Below, one piece after another: positions 1 through 14,766 of a stretch of 64,000 nucleotides of DNA. Positions within the stretch are counted from its first letter, which is position 1. Each line of letters opens with the position of its first letter. Below the pieces are notes generated by a model, which worked only from the letters and a program-made list of their open reading frames with translations, did not search any database and had not been told where the DNA came from. The DNA is from Coriobacteriales bacterium. Lineage in GTDB: Bacteria > Actinomycetota > Coriobacteriia > Coriobacteriales > QAMH01. The stretch covers positions 224 to 64,223 of the forward strand of contig JBMNPN010000002.1 in the NCBI GenBank assembly GCA_050943615.1. The letters are read 5' to 3'. The position numbers and the translations under genes are program-made.

Positions 1-194
1 ATCGATACGCTAGCGCCCCAACTGATAGTTCCTTGCAGTTGCACTTTTCAGCTGATGCATTTTCCTGTGCTATAGAGGTCGTTTGCATTATGCGATTTCT
101 CGACATAGGGCATGCTAGTTAACCGTCCTTGACCTGCGGAAACGATGAGGCTATTAGCTCGCTGAAAGATTTTTGAAAAACTGCCCATTTTTGC

Positions 195-222
195 TTGACA
201 GCCCTTTTGAAGCTGGTATTAT
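195..222 (+). promoter_or_regulatory. sigma70-type rrn promoter
   Basis: TTGACA at 195-200, 16-bp spacer, TGG-TATTAT (extended -10) at 214-222, about 290 bp upstream of 16S. Confidence 0.8.
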
Positions 223-264
223 ACCAACTCGCGTCACCAAAGAGCGGCAAGTTCAAAGGGGCGT

Positions 265-289
265 GGGAACCTTGAAAATCGGATACTGT
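265..289 (+). promoter_or_regulatory. 16S leader processing stem / boxA-like element
   Basis: GGGAACCTTGAAAATCGGATACTGT is imperfectly complementary to ACAGCATCCGATTTGCAGGGTTCCC (~2076-2100) in the ITS. An analogous pair (~2132-2152 with ~5251-5274) brackets 23S. Confidence 0.7.
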
Positions 290-509
290 TTCAGACAGGT
301 GATGCAAGACATTACTTGTTTCGATCTAGACACAATGTTTTAAGAAGCCCGCTTCTCATTATTGAGAAGTTCAATCTTAAGACGTTAATTCCATTAATCA
401 CATGAAGTTATTCATGTGAATCCGGAAATATGCATTTGGATCAGATGCCAGTATGGCATCCAATCCAGGCAAACTTGCACCATATGGGAAATCCCTGATT
501 TCCCTTTTT

Positions 510-2019
<1,510 letters not shown>

Positions 2020-2236
2020 GGGAGACCTAGTAAAAGGGCATGAAGCAAGTGATTCTTGTTGAACTTGTTTTGGGACAGCATCCGATTTGCAGGGTTCCCT
2101 TGCAGAAGCTTTTCTGCAAAACCTTGCACGAGCACCTTGAAAGCTGCATAGCGTAGTAGATAGACAAGATGATTCTTGATCGATCGCGAATGATACTCAC
2201 CAGCCCCGCGGCCCCCGAGCCGCGGGGCGCACCAGA

Positions 2237-5204
<2,968 letters not shown>

Positions 5205-5299
5205 TCTGACGAGCGTCTCTCGCGTCGGGATCGTCGTCGCGTCCGTCTGCGCGCTATGCGGGCCTTCAGGGTGCTCTCCGAACCGGAGGCCCCCGGCGG

Positions 5300-5416
5300 G
5301 CTCAGTGACCATGGAGGAGGGGGCACACCCGGTCCCATTCCGAACCCGGAAGTTAAGCCCTCCATCGCCGATAGTACTGCGGAGGAAGTCCGTGGGAGGG
5401 TAGGACGTCGCTGATC
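5300..5416 (+). rRNA. rrf: 5S rRNA
   Basis: CCGGTCCCATTCCGAACCCGGAAGTTAAGC core; helix I TCAGTGAC/GTCGCTGA; flanked by a perfect 13-bp inverted repeat CGGAGGCCCCCGG (5284-5296) / CCGGGGGCCTCCG (5420-5432). Confidence 0.97.
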
Positions 5417-5425
5417 CCACCGGGG

Positions 5426-5453
5426 GCCTCCGCGCGTGTTCGGGGGCTTTTTT
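5426..5453 (+). terminator. rrn intrinsic terminator
   Basis: GCCTCCG-loop-CGGGGGC followed by T6. Confidence 0.7.
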
Positions 5454-5595
5454 CGCGCCAGATCCCCCCTCTGTACCTCAATCCCTTTTTCAATTGCTGC
5501 GTTTACACGCCGTTACGGTCCTGTTTTCTCTAACGGGGGCTTATCGCGCTAGACTGTCCTCGTAAAAATTTTCGTATGGCGCTAAGGAGTCCACG

Positions 5596-5964
5596 ATGAT
5601 TGATAGAGGAATGCTGGATTACGTCATGAGCCGCATCCGGCCGCAGATTCAAGCCGATGGCGGTGACGTCGATGTCACTGAGGTCGATGATGAGAAAGGC
5701 ATCGTCTATGTCGCCCTGCGCGGTGCATGCGTCGACTGCCCGCTTTCTGCGCTCACGCTCTCTCAGGGCATCGAGCGCGTTCTTACTGAGCACGTTCCCG
5801 GAGTCGAGCGCGTCCTGCCCGATATGAACAAGACCGTCATCCAGGACCCCGATACGGGGGACGAGGCAAGCCTCATGAATTCCGTTCACGTCACGCGTGT
5901 GGATGAGGATGGCAACATCATCGAGGAAAGCACGACTCCGCTGAGCTCGCAGCAGAACGCGTAA
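5596..5964 (+). CDS. NifU C-terminal/NfuA-like Fe-S scaffold protein
   Basis: IRPQIQADGGDV...LRGACVDCPLSALTL is the Nfu CxxC motif; AAGGAG RBS. Confidence 0.9.
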   Translation: MIDRGMLDYVMSRIRPQIQADGGDVDVTEVDDEKGIVYVALRGACVDCPLSALTLSQGIERVLTEHVPGVERVLPDMNKTVIQDPDTGDEASLMNSVHVTRVDEDGNIIEESTTPLSSQQNA

Positions 5965-5994
5965 AGCCGCGCATTCTCAAAATATCATCACTCG

Positions 5995-6022
5995 AAGCCC
6001 GCCATTATCGGCGGGCTTTTTT
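5995..6022 (+). terminator. intrinsic terminator
   Basis: AAGCCCGCC-ATTATC-GGCGGGC followed by T6. Confidence 0.85.
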
Positions 6023-6063
6023 CATGCGAGAGACCACGTAAACGCGAGCGCTCGGCCGACCAG

Positions 6064-6334
6064 ATTAACCAACAATAGAATTTCAGGTTTTCAGTTTCCG
6101 CAGGTCGCGGTCAAACCTGAAATTGTAATTGCGGTTAATCTGGACGCTGCGGCGTCCCGCGCGCTCGCAGTGGGGTCCGCGAGCTGCGGTTAATCCGGCC
6201 CCCGCGGCGTCCCGCGCGCTCGCAGTGAGGCCCGCGAGCAAGTGAATGGTGGCTGCGAAATAACCAACAATAGAATTTCAGGTTTCCCGTTTTCCCAGGT
6301 CGCGAAGGAACCTGAAATTTAAAGTGTGGTTAAT
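6064..6334. repeat. family B 76-bp palindromic modules, orphan doublet (6064-6139, 6259-6334)
   Basis: Arms ATTAACC..AATAGAATTTCAGGTTT / AACCTGAAATT..GGTTAAT, core CAGGTCGCG, GC-rich direct repeats in the linker. Confidence 0.9.
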
Positions 6335-6360
6335 CCGGGATCCCGCGACATCCCGCGCGC

Positions 6361-7581
6361 TCACAGCGAGAGCGCGCGCACTTGCTCGTCGCTCAAATCG
6401 ACCGCGAACACGTTCTTGAAGTAGTCGCGCACGGCCTGCTCCATGTCGAGGGAAATCAGCTCGGGGTAGAGCAGGTCGCACATCCACTCCATCCCGAGCA
6501 GGCAATTGACCCCGTTGGGGTCGGTGAGCCAGTTGAAGGGGGTCATCGGCACCGCCCGATAGGCACCCGACCTCACGGCATCAAGCGACGCATAGTATTC
6601 GGCCAGCGTGCTGTCCAAGCTGCTGCTCGCGTCCTTGCCTGCGCGCATCTTGTCGAGCTGCTCGACAAAGCCTGGCGGGGCCACGATGAAATCGGGGCTC
6701 ATCCCGAGCCCCGCGTACTCCGCGACAGAGTACCCGTTTTGCCCGGGAATGAGCGTCGCATCGTTGCTTTCGTAGCCGACGTTTTCCGCCTCGGCGGGCT
6801 CGGGGATGGCATTGAGGGCGCCCGCAAAGTGCAGGCTGTAGGCGTAGGGCTCCTTGAACGACGCGGCTTGTGTGCCCTTATCGTCCATGACGAAGAGCAC
6901 GCGCTTGGCCGTGTCATCGGAAAGGCGCGCGCGCACGGAGGCAAGGTTGTCGATGACGTCCTGGCAGTAGCTCGCTGCGGTCTGCGAACGCGCTCCCCTT
7001 CCAAAGAGGCGCCCCATACGGCGCAGAGTGTTGGGAATCTGGTCGAAGTGGCCGCCATAGCAGATGACGGGAATGCCGAGATACGCCTGCAGCTCGTCAA
7101 GCAGCTGGGTGTGCTCGGAGTTCTTTCCGTAGGTGTGCAGGCTCAAGATGAGCTGCGTGTTAGTGGACTCGAGCCATTGCTTGCTCGTTCCGTCGGCGCT
7201 GATTTCCGGGTGAACGGCAGTCGAGCCAAGCGCCGGCGGAAAATACGACCGCGCCTGCTCGCTCGAGCTGGATTGCATCAGCCCCGAAATGATTTCGGGC
7301 GCAAGCGCGATGCTGAGAAGCTCCGAGGATTCGTCGAGAAAGGCGACGTGCTCGAGGCGGTCCGGCTGGGGGACATCAATTGAACGTCCGAGGTAGTCCG
7401 TGATCTGCGTGTCTCCGGTGCTCATGCGCGTTCCTTCCGCGACGAAGGGCGGCAGTGCAGAGCCTGCCAGAATCGCGACGGGAACGATCATGCCCATTCT
7501 CCTGAGAAAGTCCCGGCGGGAAAGGTCGCCTCCGCCGTCGCGTGGTGCAACCTCTATGCTATCCGTCTGCACGCCGCTCAT
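6361..7581 (-). CDS. Tat-exported ABC substrate-binding protein (Fe-siderophore/B12, helical-backbone class)
   Basis: SRRDFL twin-arginine motif; ITDYLGRSIDVP..LEHV and C-terminal VPMTPFNWL..P...LLGMEWMCDLLYPE typical of BtuF/FhuD-like SBPs. Confidence 0.8.
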   Translation of the reverse strand: MSGVQTDSIEVAPRDGGGDLSRRDFLRRMGMIVPVAILAGSALPPFVAEGTRMSTGDTQITDYLGRSIDVPQPDRLEHVAFLDESSELLSIALAPEIISGLMQSSSSEQARSYFPPALGSTAVHPEISADGTSKQWLESTNTQLILSLHTYGKNSEHTQLLDELQAYLGIPVICYGGHFDQIPNTLRRMGRLFGRGARSQTAASYCQDVIDNLASVRARLSDDTAKRVLFVMDDKGTQAASFKEPYAYSLHFAGALNAIPEPAEAENVGYESNDATLIPGQNGYSVAEYAGLGMSPDFIVAPPGFVEQLDKMRAGKDASSSLDSTLAEYYASLDAVRSGAYRAVPMTPFNWLTDPNGVNCLLGMEWMCDLLYPELISLDMEQAVRDYFKNVFAVDLSDEQVRALSL

Positions 7582-8759
7582 GCCCGGCCTCCTTTCGTGC
7601 CGCTGTTGCCGGGAGAGGCACCGCCCGTCGCAGCGTCTTCGTCGGCAAACACGCCCTTTGCGGCTTTCTCGATGCTCTCGAGCAGCTCGGCTCGGCTGCT
7701 GATGCCGAGCTTTGCGTACCCGTGCTTTGCATGCGTGTTCACGGTGTTGCGAGAGACCGTCAACTTCTCCGCGATGCGCGTGCGCGTGTCGCCATAGGCA
7801 ATCATCTCGACGATCTCTTCTTCGCGCCCGGTCAAGCCGAAGTGTTCGGAAAGGGCACGACAGCCGTCCCTGAGGCTGTTCTCCTTGTTGATTTTGTACT
7901 GCGCCTCGATATAGGAGGTGTCGGGAGTGGGCACGGCAAGCGGCTTTTTAAAGATCGCGTCCTTTCTGCAGACGAGACGCATGCTCACGAGCACGACCGC
8001 GAAGACAAGGCTGGAGCACAGCATGCACACCAGCCAACCGCCCAAACTGGTGTAGGGGTAATCGTAGAGGTTTGCGAGCAAGACGCAGGCCATCGCGAGA
8101 GAGACCGCGCACAAGATGCCGAGAACCACCAAGAAGGCGTCGCTTTTTGCGACGGCGCCTTCCGGTGAGTTGTCGATGACGCGCCATGCAAGGCTCCACA
8201 TGGCAAGCGCGAGGGTGGCAAAGCCCATCGCGGCGGGTACGAGAAAGAACGCAGCCCACGTCGCCGCGCCCTCGGGAACGGCGAAGATGGGAACGAACAG
8301 GGCAATGGGCGTCAAATGGAGCAGGCGCAGGGGCCACGGCGTGTTCAGGCGCATTCCGTTGTCGACGAGCGCCTGCAACGTCACGGGAAACAGCGCCACT
8401 TCGATGAGGGCGAGAAAGATCCACAGCAGCATGAACGCGATCTGGCTTCGGTGATACCAGAGCAGCCATGAGCAGAAAACCGTGGCAACGATCACAAGCA
8501 CGAGCGTCACCGTACCGATAACGAGCCAAAAGGGCGTCTTGATAAGAGAGGACATCGGCGGGAGCTGCGCCGGGCGCCGGAACGCGACGAAAGCCCAGGC
8601 AATGCAGGCAAAGCCCACCACGCGCGCGAGCAGCGAGGCGAGCGGCTCGCTGTACAGCGCGACGAGCGAAACTGCCACCCAGACGAGAAAGCCCGCAAGA
8701 GCGACGCGAACCTCGTTTGCGGAGAGCTTCCGCGAGTCTTTTTTGTGAGCTTTCGGCAA
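7578..8759 (-). CDS. transmembrane LuxR-family transcriptional regulator
   Basis: About 8 hydrophobic helices then LTGREEEIVEMIAYG..IAEKLTVSRNTVNTHAKHGYAKLGISSR (LuxR HTH); TTG start with GAAGGA RBS. Confidence 0.9.
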   Translation of the reverse strand: MPKAHKKDSRKLSANEVRVALAGFLVWVAVSLVALYSEPLASLLARVVGFACIAWAFVAFRRPAQLPPMSSLIKTPFWLVIGTVTLVLVIVATVFCSWLLWYHRSQIAFMLLWIFLALIEVALFPVTLQALVDNGMRLNTPWPLRLLHLTPIALFVPIFAVPEGAATWAAFFLVPAAMGFATLALAMWSLAWRVIDNSPEGAVAKSDAFLVVLGILCAVSLAMACVLLANLYDYPYTSLGGWLVCMLCSSLVFAVVLVSMRLVCRKDAIFKKPLAVPTPDTSYIEAQYKINKENSLRDGCRALSEHFGLTGREEEIVEMIAYGDTRTRIAEKLTVSRNTVNTHAKHGYAKLGISSRAELLESIEKAAKGVFADEDAATGGASPGNSGTKGGRA

Positions 8760-8782
8760 AAAATTCCTTCCGGAAAAGAAAT

Positions 8783-8801
8783 ATCACCGCAGGGTGGTGA
8801 T
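8783..8801. promoter_or_regulatory. palindromic operator copy 1 (ATCACC-GCAGGGT-GGTGAT)
   Basis: Lies in the 79-bp gap between the divergent luxR and permease genes; same motif at 12227 and 16287. Confidence 0.75.
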
Positions 8802-8838
8802 GGCATTCTCTCTAGCCGCATCTGAGAATAGTCGCGCT

Positions 8839-10146
8839 ATGAAGCATCTGTCAAAACACAATTCCGAACAAGAGGAATCTCTTTTCGTGGATGGCGAAGA
8901 AAGCCTTCGCCCTCCCTCCGTGCGCCTCGATGGCACGGGGCAGGCACCTGCCGACTCCGCCGTCGCGCCCACGGGCGATGCCCCGGCCCGCAGGCCCATG
9001 GACCCGCGGGCACGCAAGGTCGTCATCTTGCTGATCGTTTTTCTTGCCGTGCTCGTGTTCGCGCTGTTCATGCCCCATAACGCCGCGACGATTGCGTTTA
9101 CCCCGGTCCCCAGCGTGCACTTGTCCTCTCCCGCGGAGTTTACCCGGGCACTGCAGGAGCGCGCGGGGCAGGTGTTTTCCGCGCTCTCTCTAGATGCGGA
9201 CTTCATGTCCTATTCGGCGATCACCACGGTTTTCGTGGTCATGCTCACGGGTGCGGGGCTGAGCCTTTCGGGCGCGGTCTATCAAGGCGCGTTCAGAAAC
9301 GCGCTTGCCTCTCCTTCCACGTTCGGCGTGATGGGAGGCGCTCTGGTTGGATTCGGCATCTTCGAGCTTTGGGATGCCCCTGCTGATGAGAATTTCGGGG
9401 GCTTCTCATGGGGCCTCGTTTTTGATTACTACGATCCGATTCAGCACCTGTGGTACCGATTCATGCCCTGCGTTTTCAGCTTCGTGTTCGCGATGCTGAC
9501 GGTTGCAATCGTGCTGCTCGTGGTAAAGAAGAGCGGGTCTTCGCGTGATTCGAAGGTCTACACCGTGGTCGTGGGGCAGCTGGTCGCTGCCGTGTGCACG
9601 GGCATCTACAACTGCATCAAAACCTATTACTGCCGTGTCGATCCCTATGGCAGTCGAACCGGCGTTCTTCGCAATGCGCAGGCCTCGGTTTTTGGCGGCA
9701 CGCTTGACCTGTTTGCCCTCATTGGCATTGCCGTGCCCATGGTGCTCATCATCATCTTTGCCATGCGCAACAGCCGAAAGCTCATGCTGCTCTCCTTTGG
9801 AGACAAGGAAGCGCAGAGCATGGGCATTGCCTCCGACAGCCTGCGCATCGGCGCTATCGTTGCCTGCACCGCTCTCACCGCGCTCATCGTGGGGTTCTGC
9901 GGTCCCATCGGCTTCGTGGGCTTTTTCATCCCGCATGTGACGCGCAAGCTCGTCGGGCCGGTCTTCACGTACTTCTTGCCGGCAGCGATGCTGATGGGCG
10001 GGGCCTTTACCATGGGCGTTTACGCGATAACGGCGTACTTCTCGAATACGAGTATGGCGGGGCCTGCCATCTCGCTCATTGGGGCCGTCGCCTTCTTCGT
10101 GGTCGCGCTGCAGCAAAGGGGGAGCCGTCATGGCGATTGGGTCTGA
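8839..10146 (+). CDS. FecCD/BtuC-family ABC permease
   Basis: GAGLSLSGAVYQGAFRNALASPSTFG and LSFGDKEAQSMG...GPIGFVGFFIPH motifs. Start moved to ATG 8839 because the track start overlaps the operator. Confidence 0.9.
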   Translation: MKHLSKHNSEQEESLFVDGEESLRPPSVRLDGTGQAPADSAVAPTGDAPARRPMDPRARKVVILLIVFLAVLVFALFMPHNAATIAFTPVPSVHLSSPAEFTRALQERAGQVFSALSLDADFMSYSAITTVFVVMLTGAGLSLSGAVYQGAFRNALASPSTFGVMGGALVGFGIFELWDAPADENFGGFSWGLVFDYYDPIQHLWYRFMPCVFSFVFAMLTVAIVLLVVKKSGSSRDSKVYTVVVGQLVAAVCTGIYNCIKTYYCRVDPYGSRTGVLRNAQASVFGGTLDLFALIGIAVPMVLIIIFAMRNSRKLMLLSFGDKEAQSMGIASDSLRIGAIVACTALTALIVGFCGPIGFVGFFIPHVTRKLVGPVFTYFLPAAMLMGGAFTMGVYAITAYFSNTSMAGPAISLIGAVAFFVVALQQRGSRHGDWV

Positions 10147-11389
10147 AGAGACTAAAGGGTCGGCAATTGCCACGCGGGGCATTGGCTACGAGCGCGTCGA
10201 TTCGCTGCGCGCAGAGGAGCGGCGTAACCTGCGCCGTCGCTGCCTTACCTGCGTGGTCGTCACCGCGGTACTGGCCGTGCTCTCGCTCAACATCATCGCG
10301 CACCTTTATTCCGGCACGATTATCGATGCGCCTTTCATCGGGTATATCGCCAACCCTGCCGTCGTGGTGCTCTCCTTGCAGCAGGCGCTCCATAACATCA
10401 TTCCTGTGTTCCCGGAGGTTGATGCCCAGAACTTTGCCTCGGTGCTAGCCAATTCGAGCATCAGCAACCTCGATTTCGGGAATACGACCGATACTCTCAA
10501 TATGTATGCTTGGTATGAAGGAGAGCGCGTCACCACGATCATCCTCACGCTCCTTTGCGGCACATTGCTTGCGCTTTCGGGCATGCTGTTCCAGAACGTC
10601 TTCAAGAACCCCATCGCCACCCCGGCCATGCTCGGCGCGCAAAGCGGCATGACCCTGGGCGTCATGCTGTTCGTCTCCATCTTTGGCTTTTCGGTGGGGA
10701 TATACTCCTTTCCCCGCTACGCCCTGAGCTACGGTTGCGCCCTCGTCATCTTGGCTGCCGCTTTTGCCGGCGCCAAGTTCATCAGCGGCAAGCGCCCGTT
10801 TTCCGTCGTGGACCTGCTCTTGGTGGGCGCGGCGCTCGGTGCTATCGCGAACACGATTGTGCAGTACGCACCGCTTGGGTGGGACGAGGGGAAGTGGTCG
10901 GAGTTCTTCGCTCTTTCCGAGTCGGTTGCGACCGATACCTCACCCGTTGCCTGGATATCGGTGGGTGTTGCGTGCCTGGCGGGAATCGTGCCCATCTATC
11001 TGCTGCGCTTCCAGCTCAACATGCTCGCCTTCGACGACCTCGAGGTGCGCATGCTGGGGGTCGACCCCTCGCGCCTGCGCATCATCTGCCTGCTCTGCGG
11101 TTCTCTCATGACGCTCGTCTCGATCGTGACCTGCGGGCTTGTTGCCATGGCGGCGCTCGCGGTGCCTTTCCTCACACGCTATCTCTTTGGCACCGAGGCA
11201 CGTGAGCAGTTCTGGGGCAACCTGTGCCTGGGGCCGCTTGTCCTGTTGGTATGCCGCGACGTGACGGACTTGCTACAGATGGCTTTTTTCCAGCTCCAGT
11301 ATGGCCTCACGCTCGGCACCGTCGTCTCAGTGCTCGCGTTGCCGCTGGTCATCGTCCTTGCACGGGGCGAGGCGCGGGGGTGGTCATGA
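10130..11389 (+). CDS. FecCD/BtuC-family ABC permease
   Basis: LALSGMLFQNVFKNPIATPAMLG and LNMLAFDDLEVRMLG motifs; ATG 10130 overlaps the upstream gene end. Confidence 0.9.
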   Translation: MAIGSEETKGSAIATRGIGYERVDSLRAEERRNLRRRCLTCVVVTAVLAVLSLNIIAHLYSGTIIDAPFIGYIANPAVVVLSLQQALHNIIPVFPEVDAQNFASVLANSSISNLDFGNTTDTLNMYAWYEGERVTTIILTLLCGTLLALSGMLFQNVFKNPIATPAMLGAQSGMTLGVMLFVSIFGFSVGIYSFPRYALSYGCALVILAAAFAGAKFISGKRPFSVVDLLLVGAALGAIANTIVQYAPLGWDEGKWSEFFALSESVATDTSPVAWISVGVACLAGIVPIYLLRFQLNMLAFDDLEVRMLGVDPSRLRIICLLCGSLMTLVSIVTCGLVAMAALAVPFLTRYLFGTEAREQFWGNLCLGPLVLLVCRDVTDLLQMAFFQLQYGLTLGTVVSVLALPLVIVLARGEARGWS

Positions 11390-12174
11390 TGCGCCTTTCC
11401 GTGAGCAACGTGGCGGTGGGCTACGACCCGCAACACCCCCTTCAGACCGGCATCACCTTCGAGGCAAAGGGCGGCGACGTCTTTTGCATCCTGGGCCCCA
11501 ATGGCTGTGGCAAGACGACGCTGTTTCGCTCGATTGTGGGCGTGCAGCCGCTGCTCGAGGGCAAGGTGCTGGTGGACGATGAGGACATCACGGGCTGGAG
11601 CGCCGATCGCATCGCCCATGTCGCTGCCTACGTTCCGCAGAAAAACCGCCTCGAGTTTCCCTACAAGGTCAAAGACATCGTCATGCTCGGGCGTTTCATC
11701 CATGTTCTCGGGCGCTTTTCCATGCCGGGGCGCGAGGACTACGCCATCGTGGAAAACGCCCTCGACATGCTCGGCATCTATCACCTGCGCAACCGGTTCT
11801 ACACAGATCTTTCCGGTGGCGAGCTGCAGATGACGATGATTGCCCGCGCGCTCGCACAGGAGCCGCAGATCCTCTTTTTGGACGAGCCGACAAGTGCTCT
11901 CGACTTTGGTGCGGCATCCACGGTCATCAAGAGCATCCGACACCTCGCGAGCCTGGGCTACACGGTGGTCATGACCACGCACAGCCCCAATCACGCGTTT
12001 CTCTGCAATGCCAAGGTCGCGCTGCTGCGTGCCGATGGTCCCGCGACAGTGGGGGACGCGCGCGACGTGATCACCGAGCCGAACATGAAGCGCTCGTACG
12101 GTGCCCACGTCAAGGCGGTCGAGTACGTGGACCGGCAGGGCAAGGTTATGCGCGTCTGCGTTCCCAACATGTAG
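11386..12174 (+). CDS. FecE/BtuD-type ABC ATPase
   Basis: GPNGCGKT, LSGGELQ, FLDEPT, TTHSP; ATGA overlap with the permease stop. Confidence 0.93.
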   Translation: MMRLSVSNVAVGYDPQHPLQTGITFEAKGGDVFCILGPNGCGKTTLFRSIVGVQPLLEGKVLVDDEDITGWSADRIAHVAAYVPQKNRLEFPYKVKDIVMLGRFIHVLGRFSMPGREDYAIVENALDMLGIYHLRNRFYTDLSGGELQMTMIARALAQEPQILFLDEPTSALDFGAASTVIKSIRHLASLGYTVVMTTHSPNHAFLCNAKVALLRADGPATVGDARDVITEPNMKRSYGAHVKAVEYVDRQGKVMRVCVPNM

Positions 12175-12226
12175 GAGCGGAAAGCGCGATGGCAGGTCAT
12201 CGCCGTTTTCGGGCTGTTTTGCAAAT

Positions 12227-12245
12227 ATCACCACAGGATGGTGAT
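12227..12245. promoter_or_regulatory. palindromic operator copy 2 (ATCACC-ACAGGAT-GGTGAT)
   Basis: Upstream of moxR; followed by TTGAAA (12245-12250), 18 bp, then GATAAT (12269-12274). Confidence 0.75.
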
Positions 12246-12342
12246 TGAAAAATCGCTTCTCGCGCGTGGATAATCCGCCAAAGAAGCTAGTGGAAACTCG
12301 AGTGTTTCAGGCGCGAAGAACTCGAACAAGAGGGAAGGTCAA

Positions 12343-13419
<1,077 letters not shown>

Positions 13420-13422
13420 CAT

Positions 13423-14766
13423 ATGGAGCTCGCGCTAAAAAATCCGGTAAGGCTGGTCAGGCCAAAGCGCACAGAGAAGTCGGCCATCGAAGCCGATTTT
13501 GCGCAGGTTGCCGCCGAGCGCACACGCCGGCGTGCCTTCATCCAATCTGTCATTAGAAAAGTTCTGGCCGTCGCGCTGACGCTCGCGGTGTGCGTGCTGA
13601 TGTGCGTCTACGTGAACAATCCCTTCGGGTACGTCCCGCTCGTGCTCGTCATCCTCGCCGTCGTGGCGGACTTTGCCTGTGTCCAGGTGCTCTCGCGCCA
13701 GGTCACGTGGCGGCAGGAGTCACGTGTGGGGGACTGCCCCCGCGGCGAGGACATCGACTTTCGCATCCGCGTGAGCAACCGCAGCATCCTGTTCATGTTC
13801 CACGCACGGGCGCACTTCTTTGTGAGCGACCTCTTTGGCGGCCTTGCGATGGACAACCCCGCAGACTTCGTGCTCGGCCCCTTCGAGAGCCGCGACTTCG
13901 ACATCACCGTGAACTTCAAGCACCTCGGCACCTACACTGCCGGCATCGACCGTATCGAGTTCTTTGGCTTTCTGGGCCTGTTCGTGCGCACGGTAGAGGG
14001 CGGCAACCGTGCGGAGGTCCAGGTCACGCCCACCATCCACAGCATCGAGCGCATCGGGTTTTCCACGGACACGCCCTCCGAATCCAGGGTGGCGCTCAAG
14101 ACGGTCGCCGATGACTCCATGGACTATTCGGGTGTGCGCGAATACCACCGCGGCGACCCGCTCAAGCGCATGCACTGGGCGCTTTCGGCCAAGGGGAACA
14201 AGACGCTCTATACCAAGATCTACGAGACGCCCACCAATCCCGGTGTTGGCATCATCCTCGACTTTGCGGGGCCGTCGGGGCTCACCGCAGATGAGCTGGG
14301 CGGCATGTTCGACACGGTCGTGGAAAGCGCGTTTTCCATCAGCGAATACGCACGCGGCATCGGCCTCGAGGTGGAGCTTGAGTTCATCGACCGCTTTGGC
14401 ACCGCGGTGCGCAAGAGCAGCTGGAAGCGCGACGAGCTCGCAGAGCTCGTCGATGATATGCCCCGCATGCAGCCCGGTGGCGAGAGCCATCAGGCAGCAG
14501 AGCTCGTCAATTCGGAGGCGCATTCCATGTACGCGCAGGGAAACATCGTCATCTGCACGGCACTTCCCAGCGCCGAGATCGTGGACGCTGCCATCGCCGT
14601 CAAGATCGGCCGCCGCAACCCGGTCGTGGTGCTCGCGATTCCCGAGGGCCTCTCCGAACGCGAGCGCATTGCGTGGTGCGCGCCGCTCGAGCGGCTCAGC
14701 GCAAGCGGCATCGGCTATACGGTGCTCGACAGCCCCGATGCGATCGGCAAGGTGAACGTGGCATGA
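13423..14766 (+). CDS. DUF58 domain membrane protein
   Basis: Two N-terminal TMs; GVREYHRGDPLKRMHWALSAK DUF58 signature; follows moxR. Confidence 0.88.
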   Translation: MELALKNPVRLVRPKRTEKSAIEADFAQVAAERTRRRAFIQSVIRKVLAVALTLAVCVLMCVYVNNPFGYVPLVLVILAVVADFACVQVLSRQVTWRQESRVGDCPRGEDIDFRIRVSNRSILFMFHARAHFFVSDLFGGLAMDNPADFVLGPFESRDFDITVNFKHLGTYTAGIDRIEFFGFLGLFVRTVEGGNRAEVQVTPTIHSIERIGFSTDTPSESRVALKTVADDSMDYSGVREYHRGDPLKRMHWALSAKGNKTLYTKIYETPTNPGVGIILDFAGPSGLTADELGGMFDTVVESAFSISEYARGIGLEVELEFIDRFGTAVRKSSWKRDELAELVDDMPRMQPGGESHQAAELVNSEAHSMYAQGNIVICTALPSAEIVDAAIAVKIGRRNPVVVLAIPEGLSERERIAWCAPLERLSASGIGYTVLDSPDAIGKVNVA

